Source: Eledone cirrhosa (lineage: Eukaryota). From it: DNA of 64,000 nucleotides. The stretch lies in NCBI GenBank assembly GCA_964016885.1, contig OZ024741.1, positions 337,590,001-337,654,000 of the forward strand, written 5' to 3'. This document shows, piece after piece, positions 37,874 to 50,084 of this stretch. The translations under genes and the position numbers were made by a program. The notes under the pieces were generated by a model that worked only from the letters and a program-made list of their open reading frames with translations, was not told the DNA's origin and did no database searches. Position 1 is the first letter of the stretch, and every line of letters starts with the position of its first letter.

Positions 37874-39450
37874 AAAGGTAAACAGAAATAGCAACACAAT
37901 CGGTACAGTATATGGAAGGTATATATTAGGTTAATGCTTGATATAGCAGGAAGAGGGTCTTAACATTTCAGACGCTAGTCCTTCATCAGAAGAAAGAATG
38001 AGAAATAAAATAGATTAAGGGGACGAACGGGATGGAATTGGAAAAATGTCTTTAGATTAAAATAATAGGTCCATTCATGTTGACATCTCTTGCAAAACTG
38101 TTGGTGCTGGTGTTTTGTCTATGATTTGTTTTTTAGAAAAGTGGATGATGGCGCGCGTCTACCTGAAATGGAAAAAAAACGTTTTGTAAAAAGAGCTATA
38201 ATAGAGCACGTGCGTAAGCATGAATTTGTTTGTTTGTGTGTGTGTGTGTGTATGTGTGTTATTATAGGTCCGTACGATGCTAAGAAATGTGTGTGTATAT
38301 GTGAGTAAAAGAGTGTGTGTGTGCATGTAAGTACAAAGCTATGAGAAAAGAGAAAGCGATAGGAATCTAGGATGGACGAGGTATTAGAGAAATTGGGGAG
38401 GTGAGTTGAGTCCAAGAGGGGAATAGGACCCAAGACAATGAATCACACTTCGTTCAGTCCTGGTACGCGAGGCCTGTGATCCATGATGTAAAAGGACACC
38501 CAGGACTGAAACATGTAGGGAAGAATGACCAGAACAGAAATGACGGGTGACAGGAGTATCCAAACCGAGTCGTATGTCCCACAAATATTCGGCAAAATGG
38601 TCCGCCATATGGCGTCCCGTTTGTCCGATATATAAAGACCCGCAAAGGGAACACCGGAGGGCATAGACAACGTGGGTGGATATGCAGGTGAAGGAATGGC
38701 AGATACGGAAACACCCGTTAGTGCCTGTAAGAGTGGTGAAGGTGGAAATAAAGAGACAAGCGTTGCAGTGGGAATGGGAACAAGGATGAGAGCCGGGTGG
38801 AGTCATGGGGGCGGATGAAAAAGAACTGCGAACCAGGAGGTGGCAGAGGTTTCGGGCGTGCTTAAAAGCAGTAATGGGTGGGTTTGGAAAAAAGCAAGAA
38901 GTGACAGGGTCAGAAGAGAGGATACGGAAGGAACGGAGGATATGTCGTTGAAGTGATAGGGTGGTGGGGTGGTAGGTGAGAGGGAAAGGAACACGGGTGT
39001 TGGGAGGGCGGGGGTGAGGTGAGAGGACTGTGGTGCGGTCTGTTTCACGGGCGCGGGTGAGAGCAGCTTGGATCAAGGTGGGAGGATATCCACGCTGGAT
39101 GAAGCAGGAAGCCATGCGAAGGGAATGGGTTTCGAAATCGTCGTCCTGGTTACAGAGCCGACGAAGACGGAGGAATTGGGAATAAGGTATGGAGTGTTTG
39201 GTGTGGGTTGGATGGGAGGAGGTGAAGTTGAGGTAAGATTGGGAGTCTGTTGGTTTAATGTAGATGGAAGTAGAGAGGGTGTGGTGAGAGTGATTAATAG
39301 ATAGAGAGATATCCAGAAAAGCGACAGAAGAATCGGAGACAGAGGCGGTGAAATTCAGAGCAGCATGGAAAGATTGGACAAAAGAAAGAAAACAGTCGAG
39401 CTGTTTTCGTGATAGAGAGGTGGCGCCAATACAGTCGTCGATATAACGAC

Positions 39451-39453
<3 letters not shown>
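37873..39453 (-). mobile_element. Penelope-like element (Neptune-type), 5'-truncated: RT C-half, Cys linker, GIY-YIG endonuclease, 3' pLTR
   Basis: The frame of ORF 38384-39115 extends upstream to FGRYIDDC...FLDI...YIKPTDSQSYLNFTSSHP..K.SIPYSQFLRLRRLC, then PCSHSHCNAC, VVYALRCSLCGSLYIGQTGR and PLGLN; (TA)n on both flanks. Confidence 0.93.
37958..37993 (-). ncRNA. Minimal type-I hammerhead ribozyme motif in the PLE pLTR
   Basis: UCUU CUGAUGA A-GGAC-UAGC-GUCU GAAA U GUU AAGA; stem I UCUU/AAGA; the consensus with the 22.6-kb copy gives GAAACGUU. Confidence 0.75.
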
Positions 39454-39517
<64 letters not shown>

Positions 39518-40024
39518 TTATATGTATATATATGTACCTTAAGTTGCTCGCATATCGCTCGGTTTGTTGTTTTTTTCGCTGTTTTCTCTTTTCTTCCCTT
39601 TTACCTTCTATTTTCCTTCCCTCCCTCCTCCGTTTTCTCAATAACTTACCCAGTTATTGAACGCTCTGAAGGTCTTTAAAGCGTTGAAATATCCGAGACC
39701 CCCAGTAGACAACTGATGAGGGAAATTACCCCCCCCCCCACCCCCGTTCTTGCTTTCTTCTTATTCTCATTCCATTTTAAGCTATATATATATATATTAT
39801 ATATATATTAGAATATTGGTTCTCTGAGAGATTTTTCTCATTGAGATGTTTAAGTATTAGAAACTAATTAACCATTAATTAATATATATATATATGGTTG
39901 TATGTTTGTATGTATGTATGTATACTGATAAAATTACAATTCTGTTATTTGGTTTTAAAATGCTTATTATTTCTTAATTATCTTATATCTCTTTTTTCTT
40001 TTCTTTTTTGTATTTTTTGCAAAG

Positions 40025-40305
40025 GATTTTGCCCTCGCGAATTAGCAAAATCTCAAAGCCTAGAGAAGAAGATTTTATCAAGAAAACTTAGTCGACCATC
40101 AAATGCAGTAATTACAACCAGTTCTTCCTGCCATTCAAATGTTATCCCAAAGACTCCTTGCACAGATGTTATTGATCTCAAATCTTTTAGAGTGGGTAGT
40201 GAAGTTCCACACATTACAACACAGTCATGGAATCTACCAACAGGAAACAGCTTTACAACTTACTCTAAACCTTTACCTGCAGTACCAAAAGTAACACACA
40301 CATAA
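40025..40305 (+). CDS. Candidate terminal coding exon of an unidentified host gene (phase 1 start, TAA stop)
   Basis: Long polypyrimidine tract ending tttttgcaaag|; frame GFCPRELAKSQSLEKKILSRKLSRPS...PLPAVPKVTHT*; AT-rich downstream sequence with AATAAA at 40509. Confidence 0.65.
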
Positions 40306-40725
40306 AATAGCAAATTAAATATTGCTTTACACATTTTTGGAATTTATTTTATTTTATTTTTATTTTTTATTTTTACAAAAATGTTTTATCGTCAAATTGT
40401 CACTTTGTACAATCCATGATTTCATACTAACTTTCTAAGAGTCATTGTACTTTATACTTTATCTGTCAAAACAGAAAATGTCTCTTACATCAACAGGTTT
40501 CTTATGTAAATAAATTATTGACTATATAAAGAGAGCGGTACCCAGAATGTCCTCAGTCAAATCTCAAATGAGAGAAACCAGTAAAAGAATACAAGAACAC
40601 AAAATACTGCTTTAGAGAATCGGTAACTCACATTAAATTATCACAGCTATTTATCATTATTAGAGTCTTTTCTAATCCATTTTTTCCTATAATTATTATT
40701 ATTATTGTTATTATTATTATTATTT

Positions 40726-40960
40726 TGGCGGTGGATTGGCAGAATCGGTACAGCGCTGGACAACATGCTTCGTGGCATAGAGTTACGGGGCTTTACACTC
40801 TGAGTTCAAATCCCGCCAAGGTTAACTTTGCCTTTCATCCTTACGGGGTCGATAAAATAAAGCACCAGTAACATACTGGGGTCGATTTAATCAACTTTCT
40901 CCTTCCCCCAAATTACTGGCCTTGTGCCTATACTAGAAATTATCATTATTATTATTATTT
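40726..40960 (+). mobile_element. SINE family A (long-tail variant), flanked by (TTA)n
   Basis: Full head and body plus a GGTCGATTTAATC..CCCAAATTACTGGCC segment. Confidence 0.9.
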
Positions 40961-41144
40961 TTATTTTCTTTCATTATTGTTTCTGAGATATGCCGAGTGT
41001 CTTCTTGACAACTAGGGCAAATAAATTCACAGTGTGCATTGGTAAGCTAGTTAATACAGCACATTAATTATAATTTAAAAAAAAAACAGTATACATATAT
41101 ACACATGTGCATATGCATATGTAAATACAAGGAGGGATATCAAT

Positions 41145-41304
41145 CTTACATAGATAGTGCTCTTCTCAATAGGTGTGCAGTACCCGTCAAAACAATTTTT
41201 TGCACCTCGTGCAGAGAGGGTAAACCAGGAATCATTCGCAAATATTGTTCTGTTCCTTTCTTGATAATTCCCAGTCCTCCCACGATCACTGGCATTGTAA
41301 CGAC

Positions 41305-41352
<48 letters not shown>
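41145..41352 (-). mobile_element. R4/Dong-type RLE LINE extreme 3' fragment adjoining (TAA)n
   Basis: MPVIVGGLGIIKKG...IPG...EVQKIVLTGTAHLLRRALS, homologous to the C-terminus at 30786. Confidence 0.85.
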
Positions 41353-41353
<1 letters not shown>

Positions 41354-41690
41354 TGACTATTTATCACAACCAACTTTGATGTTTCTTTCGGCTGGTTATT
41401 TTAGGGAATTCCAGGCTACAAGTAGTAACCGTACATAACTCCAACTTGTTCATATCATTCCTTGTCACTTCACTATTGCTGGTATTTCAGAACCTTTCTG
41501 AACATTTGGGCTGTTCTCAGTAGGCATGTCTTCTGGTGTGGTTCAACTCATGGTTCAAAGTCTATTTTCGACAGGTAGTTTTCAACGTTCTTTATCACCA
41601 GGCCAAGAACTCCACTCACCACTGGGACAATGGTAACTGTCTTCATTTCATTACCCCAGATTTCAAGATTTCATATTTTCAGTCGGTACA
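41353..41690 (-). mobile_element. Second degenerate RLE LINE 3' fragment and UTR ending in the same (TAA)n tract
   Basis: - strand reads KTVTIVPVVSGVLGLV..NVENYL...QKTCLLRTAQMFRKVL. Confidence 0.7.
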
Positions 41691-41874
41691 AGCCCTTACT
41701 TTCTCCTTTTTTCGTTCAATTATAATTGATTATAATTATCATGTCCTCCCTCAAGATTGATTTTAATTCCTGGTTTAGTCAAGATAGCAAACTACATCCA
41801 GTGGTCTTATGTTTCCTTCTTTTGAGTTTGTGTCTAATACCGTTCATATTATCCTAGCCTTTCCAAGCAAACAG

Positions 41875-42500
41875 GCAGGTGGATTGGCAGTATCGGTAGA
41901 GCTACAGCATAGAGTTACGGCCCTTGCCATTCTGAGTTCAAATCACGCCAAGATTAACTTTGCGTTTCATCCTTACGGGGTCGATAAAATAAAGTACCAG
42001 TAATGCACTGGGTAATTGCTGGCCTTGTGCCAAAAGTAGAAACAATTATTATTATTATTATCATTATTAGGGCGGTGGATTGGTAGTATCGGTAGAGAGT
42101 CAGACACCATGCTTTGCAGCATAGAGTTACGGCCCTTTAGGTTTGTTCAAATCCAGCCGAGGTAACCTTTGCCTTTCATCCTTATGGGGTCGATAAAATA
42201 AAGTGCCACTAACGTACTGGGGTCGATTTAATCGACTTTTCCCTCCCACTAAAATTACTGGCCTTGTGCCTATACTAGAAATCATTATTATTATTGCTGT
42301 TTAGGGCGGTGAATTGGCAGTATCGGTAGAGGGCTGGACGTCATGCTTTCTAGCATAGTTACGTCCCTTTACAGTCTGAGTTCAAATCCCGCCGAGGTTA
42401 ACTTTGCCTTTCATCCTTACGGGGTCGATAAAATAAAGTACCAGTAATGTACTGGGTAATTGCTGGCCTTGTGCCTAAAGTAGAAACAATTATTATTATT
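41875..42500 (+). mobile_element. Three head-to-tail SINE family A copies
   Basis: Copies at about 41875-42068, 42069-42293 and 42303-42500, each ending in (TTA)n. Confidence 0.9.
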
Positions 42501-42809
42501 GCTGTTGTTATTATAAATCTGTCATACAGAATACCAAATTTATTATAATAATAATGGTGTATTCAAACATGATATTCTAAATTACAATTTTATCAATGAC
42601 AGGGTATTCAACCAATGTTCCCAGAATTATAATTTTACCAAGACAAAAAATAATACTTTGAACAACAATACAGCAAACAACAAAGAATTGTGTTTCAAAG
42701 GTTATAAATTTTACTCAAGCATATATACATAGATATAGATTAAATGAAACAAAACGAAACGCAGGAAGCAAGATTACACATTCATATTAGGTTTATGCTT
42801 GGAAGAAGT

Positions 42810-42881
<72 letters not shown>

Positions 42882-43245
42882 TCATATATATATATGTAAA
42901 CAAATATGGGTACCATGCATAATTTTGTGGTGTTAGACATTTATGAATAGATCCACCCTAATAAATCATTCAGTGATGAAACTTTCCTTGGCAGATAACA
43001 AAACACAATAAAGGTCTTTTGCCATATCATATTGTTACTTCTTCTCTCAAACAATTCATTGTTTTCTCAAGGAAACTACCATCTGACATCCATTTACACA
43101 CTGTCAAGGATTCTTTTTATTTCCTTATCTTTGCTTCTTTTTATATCTTTTTTGAAATGTCATCATCATCATCATCATCATCATTATTATAATGTTGATT
43201 TGTGATTTTGAGGTCCGCAGACGTTTATTTGTTTATATATATATA

Positions 43246-43870
43246 TAGAAGTGGTTACACAACAGTTAGTTCACCATACCGAGAACAATTGTTTCACCTT
43301 AGCGGATCCTCAGGTACCCGGACAGACATTCATCCACGAAACTCGCGAGCCACGTATGGTCCCTCAAGGACTCAAGTATAGACTACTCCATTCAATGGAA
43401 AGCCATCACTAAGTCCAAGCCATACGCAAGGGGAAATCCGTCGTGTGGACTGTGTATTGATGAACGAATAAATATTCTAAAGAGATTATGCAATAGAGAT
43501 TGCCTAAATACGAGAAATAAATTCTTCACACGTTGTCCACACATCTCGAAAGACCTCTTACATAACTACAAAGCTCTGGATCGAATTACAACAACATCTT
43601 AATTTTTCTTATCAACTAGAAACTTTTCGTACTTTCGCAGTTATCTCCCTTACACATCTCGCACGCATTTTAGTATTGCCTGTGTGAAGTGATCGTTTCT
43701 GCGCATGCGCGTTCGTATGGTTGTCCTTCCTGTTCCGTATAACCATGTCCATTATGAGCTGAGGATCCGCTAGGGTGAAGCAATTGTTCTTGGTATGGTG
43801 AACTAACTGTTGTGTAACCACTTCTACCTAACTCGTCCCATGGACTGAGTGCTCTACCACTACGGATATT
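43246..43870 (+). mobile_element. Second-lineage PLE 3' fragment with inverted 5' pLTR arm, in (TA)n
   Basis: Remnant IDYSIQWKAITKSKPYARGNPSCGLCIDERINIL...CLNTRN...CPH (PLE GIY-YIG C-terminal pattern); 43246-43313 is the inverted copy of 43759-43826. Confidence 0.8.
43756..43792 (+). ncRNA. Type-I hammerhead ribozyme motif (inverted partial copy at 43281-43313)
   Basis: GAG CUGAGGA UCC GCUA GGGU GAAgC AAUU GUU CUU; the inverted copy reads CUGAGGA..GAAAC AAUU GUU CUC with an intact core. Confidence 0.72.
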
Positions 43871-43887
43871 ACCTTCCAGTGTTTTAC

Positions 43888-43938
<51 letters not shown>

Positions 43939-44011
43939 CATGCATATTATATACACAAATACACACGTGTGTATATATGTGTGTGTGTGTATACGTGTGT
44001 GTGTGTATACA

Positions 44012-44067
<56 letters not shown>

Positions 44068-44418
44068 CCCTACCATGGTTTCCAGGATAAAAGATTATAT
44101 GAGTTAGACTAACATATTTTAGTCAGTTTGACTTATAGTCCCCAAAATTGATATTTTGGCATAAGTTTAGTATGTTAAATTACTTTCCTGGCTGTGATAT
44201 TTTATTCGTATATTTTTATCCATTCATTGAGATGTCTAAGTATTAGAGACAAATAACTTTTTACTTGGTTTTATGAAGGGTATCAAGTTGTAGAAACCAA
44301 GCCAAAATCAGTTCTGTGTGCACAAAACACGGTCCCCTGACCTGGTTGACTCACAATGGGACATCTCGTCTAACCCATGCTAGCATCAAAAATGGACATT
44401 AAACAACGATGATGAAGA

Positions 44419-44463
<45 letters not shown>

Positions 44464-44749
44464 CACACACACACATATATGTATGTATATAGATATATGT
44501 ATGTGTGTGTGTATATATATATATGTGTGTGTGTATGTGTGCGTGTGTGTATGTGTTTGTTTGCGTGTGTGTATGTGTGTGTGTGTGTATGTGTGTGTCT
44601 GTTTGTGTGTCTGTATGTATGTATATAGTTGTTGTTTTCCAAGGATTAATTGTCTTATTATACAATGTAAAAGTCATCAAGAAAAGTTAGGAATTTAAAA
44701 CTGGGGAACCTAATGATGAATGCCAGAGTTACACGCAATGCACAATCTA

Positions 44750-45106
44750 CCCAACCATCCACCACCACCACCATCTACCATTACCATCTCCCATCTACCA
44801 TTACCATCTCCCATCTACGACTGCCATCAACAACAACAACAACACCTCCACCACCACCCCCATCCACCACCACCACCATCAACAACATCTCCATCCACCA
44901 TACACCACCACCACATCAACAACACCTCCATCACCATCCACGACCACCATCAACAACACCTCCAACCACCATCCACCATCCACCACCACCATCCACCATC
45001 ACCACCACCACTGCCAACCACCACCACCATTTACCACCACCATCCACAATCCACCACCACATTCACTGCTGCCATTTACCACCACTACAATCCACCACCA
45101 CCACCA
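44750..45106. repeat. (CCA)n-rich low-complexity tract
   Basis: Direct. Confidence 0.9.
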
Positions 45107-45206
45107 TATTTTCCACATTTTCCCCAAATGAATACATAACATTTTAACTACTGCTGTGCACTGGAGTTGAACTTTCATTCTTTTGTTTTCTACCAAAATG
45201 CCTTAC

Positions 45207-45305
45207 CTGTGGGCCAAAGATCAACCTCCATTGTATACACAGATTGTTCCAGGTTTTTGTGTGTGATTTTGCGTTTCTTTTGAAATTGTTTTGTTTCAAA
45301 ATAAA
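45207..45305 (-). CDS. Candidate 99-nt internal exon of a - strand gene
   Basis: Acceptor ttgcttgcttgcag|, donor CAG|gtaagg; length is a multiple of 3. Phase 1 reads YFETKQFQKKRKITHKNLEQSVYTMEVDLWPT; phase 0 is also open. Confidence 0.5.
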
Positions 45306-45461
45306 CTGCAAGCAAGCAACTAAGATATATTGTACAGGCAGAATATTGACAATTTTAAAAGTGTGATTTATCACAGGTTTGAGAAATAATATATAATACA
45401 ATTTGAAACACAGAAGCAAAAATAATAATAATAATAATAATAATAATATTAATAATAATAA

Positions 45462-46114
45462 TATTACAAGGAGGAGGCTAGCCCACTGTGTAGGATCTGT
45501 GGAGAGAGAGAGGAGTGTAAACACCTAGCCCAGACTCACTATAAAGGCTGGAGACATGATGTGATGGGCAGGGTGATCCACTGGCACCTATGCAAGGGAA
45601 ACAATTTACCACATTCTGAGAAGTGGTATGAGCATAAGCCAGAGTCGGTGATAGAAAACAATCAGGTGAAGGTGCTGTGGGATTTTAGGATATAGACGGA
45701 TAAGAAACTGGAACACAATAGGCCTGACCTGGTGGTTTTGGACAAGGAAAAAAGATTGTGCCTGATTGTAGATGTAGCCTGCCCATTTGACACGAGAGTG
45801 CAAGAAAAGGAGAGGGAGAAAATTAACCGATACCACGACTTAAAGTGGGAGTTAAAAAGCATTTGGAACTGCCATGAAGTCAATGTCGTCCCAATTGTCA
45901 TAGGCGCACTAGGTACTATCTCAAAGAGTTTCCAAGGATGGTTAAAGAAAGTTAGTCCAGCCCCGCTTTTTGGAACACTTCAAAAGGCATGCTTGCTGAG
46001 AACAGCAAGAACCCTCCGATAAGTCCTGAATATCTGAGGCTGCAGGTAGCGGCTTGATATTCATTTCAACAAACTTTCCAGTTAAATAACATCAATGACT
46101 GAGACTCAAAGAAC

Positions 46115-46149
<35 letters not shown>

Positions 46150-46150
46150 C
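45462..46150 (+). mobile_element. RLE-type (R4/Dong/HERO-like) LINE 3' fragment between (TAA)n tracts
   Basis: SPLCRICG, EKWYEHKPESVIEN..KVLWDF, NRPDLVVLDK..LIVDVACPFD, PIVIGALG, QKACLL. Confidence 0.9.
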
Positions 46151-46370
46151 AATAATAACAATGATAATTATGAATAGTACTCTCAATACAATAGAAACAA
46201 CGACACTAAAAACAATACTGCAGATACCCAAGGCGCACAACAGCTGTGCACAGTGATGCCGTGATGACACGCAATATGAGTAAGACTAATAATAACAATA
46301 ATATTGATAACAACAATAATATTGATAATAACAACAATAATAATAATTATAATTATTATTATTATTATAA

Positions 46371-46431
46371 ATAATGCTTTCTTTATTAACCACAAGCGTT
46401 TACACAAAGTAAGACATTAAGGACAGTACAA
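46371..46431 (-). mobile_element. ~55-bp extreme 3' end of the Tx1 family in a TAA-rich tract
   Basis: Reverse complement of ...TGTCCTTAATGTC..CTTTGTGTAAAC.CTTGTGGTTAATAAAGAAAGCATTAT. Confidence 0.85.
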
Positions 46432-47352
46432 ATAATAATAAACAATAAATAAGTAAATAAATAAGACAAAAATACAATAAAAACAAAGAAGATTGTAATT
46501 TTTTTTTTTTTTTTGCATTCTGTAATTTTGTGACTTTCTTTAAAATCTTCCACAACAATATGACTTAAAGAACTTTCCAAAAAATGAATAAAAATAAATA
46601 TAATAAAAATGATAAACAACAATTTCTGTCATACTTATTATATACACTAGCAGAATGCTGATTAAGCAGAGAATTTACCTTTAATTGTACAGCATATTGA
46701 TAAATATTACCAAAGCCCCCATCTCACCCACCCACCCCCACCATCCTCTGAGATATGATATACAAGAGAAGTGAACTATTTCAGAGAAAATATGTAAAGA
46801 TTTTGTACAGATAATTTGTTTTAATAAATTGAATAAACCAATTCTTCAGATTCTGTTTTAAATTTTTGATTTAAAAAAAATATTCCTATCCTTTTTTATT
46901 TTGTTTTTCGTTGTTCTTTTTGTTTGTTGTTTTTTTTTGTTTTTGTTTTTTGCAATTCGTGCATTATGTCACATAAGGCAGCAAATTGGCAGATTCGTTA
47001 GATCATTGGATAGAATATTTTATTGTATCCTTTCCGGCTCTCAGCTCTCTGAGTTAAAATCTTGCTGGGGTCAATTTTACCTTTCATCCATCCAAGGTTG
47101 ATAAAAAAGTACCAGTCTAGTACTGGGGTTGATTCTTCCTCTATATCTCTTTCTCGCTTCTAATATCTCACACTTTCTATCCTTCTCTGGAAGAAATCTG
47201 GTGTACTAAGACTTAGAGAAGAAATGGGCTAAGCGAGGTTTTAAAATGCCCAAGTAACGCTGTATTCCACTATGCAGCCCTCATGACTCCATCAGGAGTT
47301 ACAGGGACAATACAATATCATGCATTATGTTGCATATGTAGATCAGTGCTAT

Positions 47353-47541
47353 TAATAATTGTTTCTACTTTTGGCACAAGGCCAGCAATTACTCAGTGCA
47401 TTACTGGTACTTTATTTTATCGACCCCGTAAGGATGAAAGGCAAAGTTAACCTCGGCGGGATTTGAACTCAGAATGGCAAGGACCCTAACTCTATACGTC
47501 AAAGCATGGCGTCCAACCCTCTACCAATACTGCCAATCCAC
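47353..47541 (-). mobile_element. SINE family A
   Basis: Full-length reverse-complement copy. Confidence 0.9.
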
Positions 47542-47639
47542 ATTAACAATGATATTTAATCTAGGTAAAAGGCCTCTAAATTTGTGAGAAGGGGAAAATT
47601 TGATTATATTTTGACCCCAATATTTCTGTGAAAACAGCC

Positions 47640-48372
47640 TGAGACTGAAGGCTTATAAGGCTAGTGCTTATCCTGGATTCCATGGTGTGAAGCATGTTTC
47701 TACCCTGGACAGGATGCCAATCCATAACAATGTCAAAATCTGTCTTGAGCCCAGAAGCTCATGAGGCTGGTGCTTATCCACCATGGATAGGACACCTGTC
47801 CATAGCAGGGTTAAACCCCAACTATTGCTGGTACTCATTTCCAGCTGAGTATACTGGAAACATGAAAGAAGTGTTTGCCCTCAAGAACACAACACAGAAC
47901 CCAGTCCAGAAATCAAACCCATTATGATTGTAAGTCCAATACCCTTACCACTAGGCCACACACCTCCACAAAATTTGACTGGTATTATATTTTATCAACT
48001 CTGAAAGGGAAAGTGACCTCAGAAGAATTTGAACTCAGAATATAAAGAGCAGTAACAAATGCAGTAAAGTATTTTATCTCACACTCCATGACTTAATGGT
48101 TAAAATGCTTGACGTATGATTGTAATGTTGTCAGTTTGATTCCTGGACTGAGTCGTGTGTTGTGTTCTTGAACAAAACACTTTATTTCATATGACTCCAG
48201 TACACTCAGCTGAAAGTAAATACCAGCCAGCTGTTTGATGAGGGGGGGGGGGGGGGGGAAGTTAATCCTATGATAGACCAGCGTCATATCCAGGAAAATT
48301 CTTGTACTCTCAGTCACTTAGTACCAAGGAAACTGGGGATAAGCACCTGCTTCATGAGCCTTTGGCTTAGAA
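47640..48372. mobile_element. Two SINE family B copies (47640-47969 on -, 48093-48372 on +) nested with an old family A copy
   Basis: Homologous to 390-669; an old family A body flanks and separates them. Confidence 0.7.
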
Positions 48373-50084
48373 CTGACTTTAACTAATGATTCTGCAAATC
48401 CACCACCAGTGCCATCAATAAGGATTGCAATAGCATTGATGGTATTTAAATTCTGGAGTCCAGGATTCGTACAAATAATTTGATTTAATAAATTGAAACT
48501 ATTCATCAGACACTGAGTTTCAAATTTTGGGTTGGTTTTTTTTTCTAAATTTTCTTTTCTTTATATTTTTGTTATATTAGTTGTTATTTTTTAAATTTTA
48601 TTACTTGTAATTCATGTAGTATGTTGTGCTAGAGGAGCTGATAAAACATATGAGTGATATTGAAAAAATAACTAAACAACAAATGTAAGGTTAGAAATCA
48701 AAACCTAGTGATTGGAAAGTGAACTTCTTATTGTAGCAACATGACTGAGATAGGAAATGCATTGAGTCTATGTGTATGTGTGTATATGTGTGTATAAATT
48801 TTAAAGAGTTACAGATGGAGATATATATATATATAAAGAAATATACAAACACATGTGCATATTATTATGTATGTGTATACATAGCAGCATGACTGAGATA
48901 GTGTATGTGTGTATGTGTTGGTGTATATGTAAATTTTAAAGAGTTACTGATGGAGATATATAAATATACAAACATATACATCTATCTATATATATAGAGA
49001 GAGAGAGATAGATAGATATAGATATAATAAGGAGCAGGAAGAAAATATCAACATAACATCATTATGTTTATTCACAGCAAAACACTATATACAGTATATA
49101 TATTCTAGCAAATCAAGCAACTTTATAGAGGCTCACTGGTTGGTGTATCTAATCCCTGTAATTTAGCTCTAATTTTGCAGTTATTACCATCCCATCTTTC
49201 AGTTAGACAAAATACTAATTATCTAAGGGTGTAATTTGAAGTGTATATGGTTGCTATTTCTGGCACCTTGAACGACCATATAGAGGTTCACCCATTGCTC
49301 TTTATCCCTTGTAATTGAGAATCAATGAAGAGAGATATAACTAAAAACTTTTAAACCATTACTAACCCATATTTTATCCAAACAGAGAACTCCAGACCAT
49401 ATTATCCATTGGAAGTTCAATAATGTCCATTGTTTTTAAGGATATGAGGCTTCAGTTTGAGGGATATTTGGCTGATATTTCTAGCAGCTTGATCAACCAT
49501 TTAGAGAGAGCCTTCCTCACTGGCTTGTTTAATCTGTGTAATTGAAAAGATGAAAGAAAATATAAAATTGGAATATTTGTGCTTTTTACACAAAAGCCAT
49601 AAACCCTTTCATTAGCATATTTTAAATGAAATATGCTGCATGTGTGTTTCAATTAATTCTGAAAATAATACAAAAAATTGAAAGGATTTAGTAAAATAAC
49701 TAACTCTCTCATTAACGATTTTGTTACCATATATCTAATGAAATATAACCTATTTCAATTAATTAATGAAGAATTTTGAGGGATTTTTTAAAATTATGAA
49801 TTATTTCATTAATAAGGCAGTAACTTAACATAAGGTTCTTAAACAAAATTATGCTGGAAGATTTTAATTTACATAGAAACCATTTAAAATTGGTCATTTT
49901 GTTTCATAGAACCAGAGGCGATTTTGGGTGAGTTGCTATCAAAAGGATTAAATGGGTGATTAGAATGTAACTTAATGAAAGGTTCTGTCATGAAATTATT
50001 TAAATATGAATAAATGACTGATAAATTTCAAAAAGTCTGTACAATGTGGTAGAAATATATAATATAATACAATAATAATTAAAT

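Noticed and set aside
38384-39453. Selenocysteine/SECIS use by the PLE
   Set aside because: No in-frame TGA in the readable frame and no SECIS-like fold seen.
39660-39725. AACGCT...AGCGTT-GAAA and a separate CTGATGAG as a hammerhead
   Set aside because: The pieces could not be assembled into consistent stems; probably a decayed PLE end at best.
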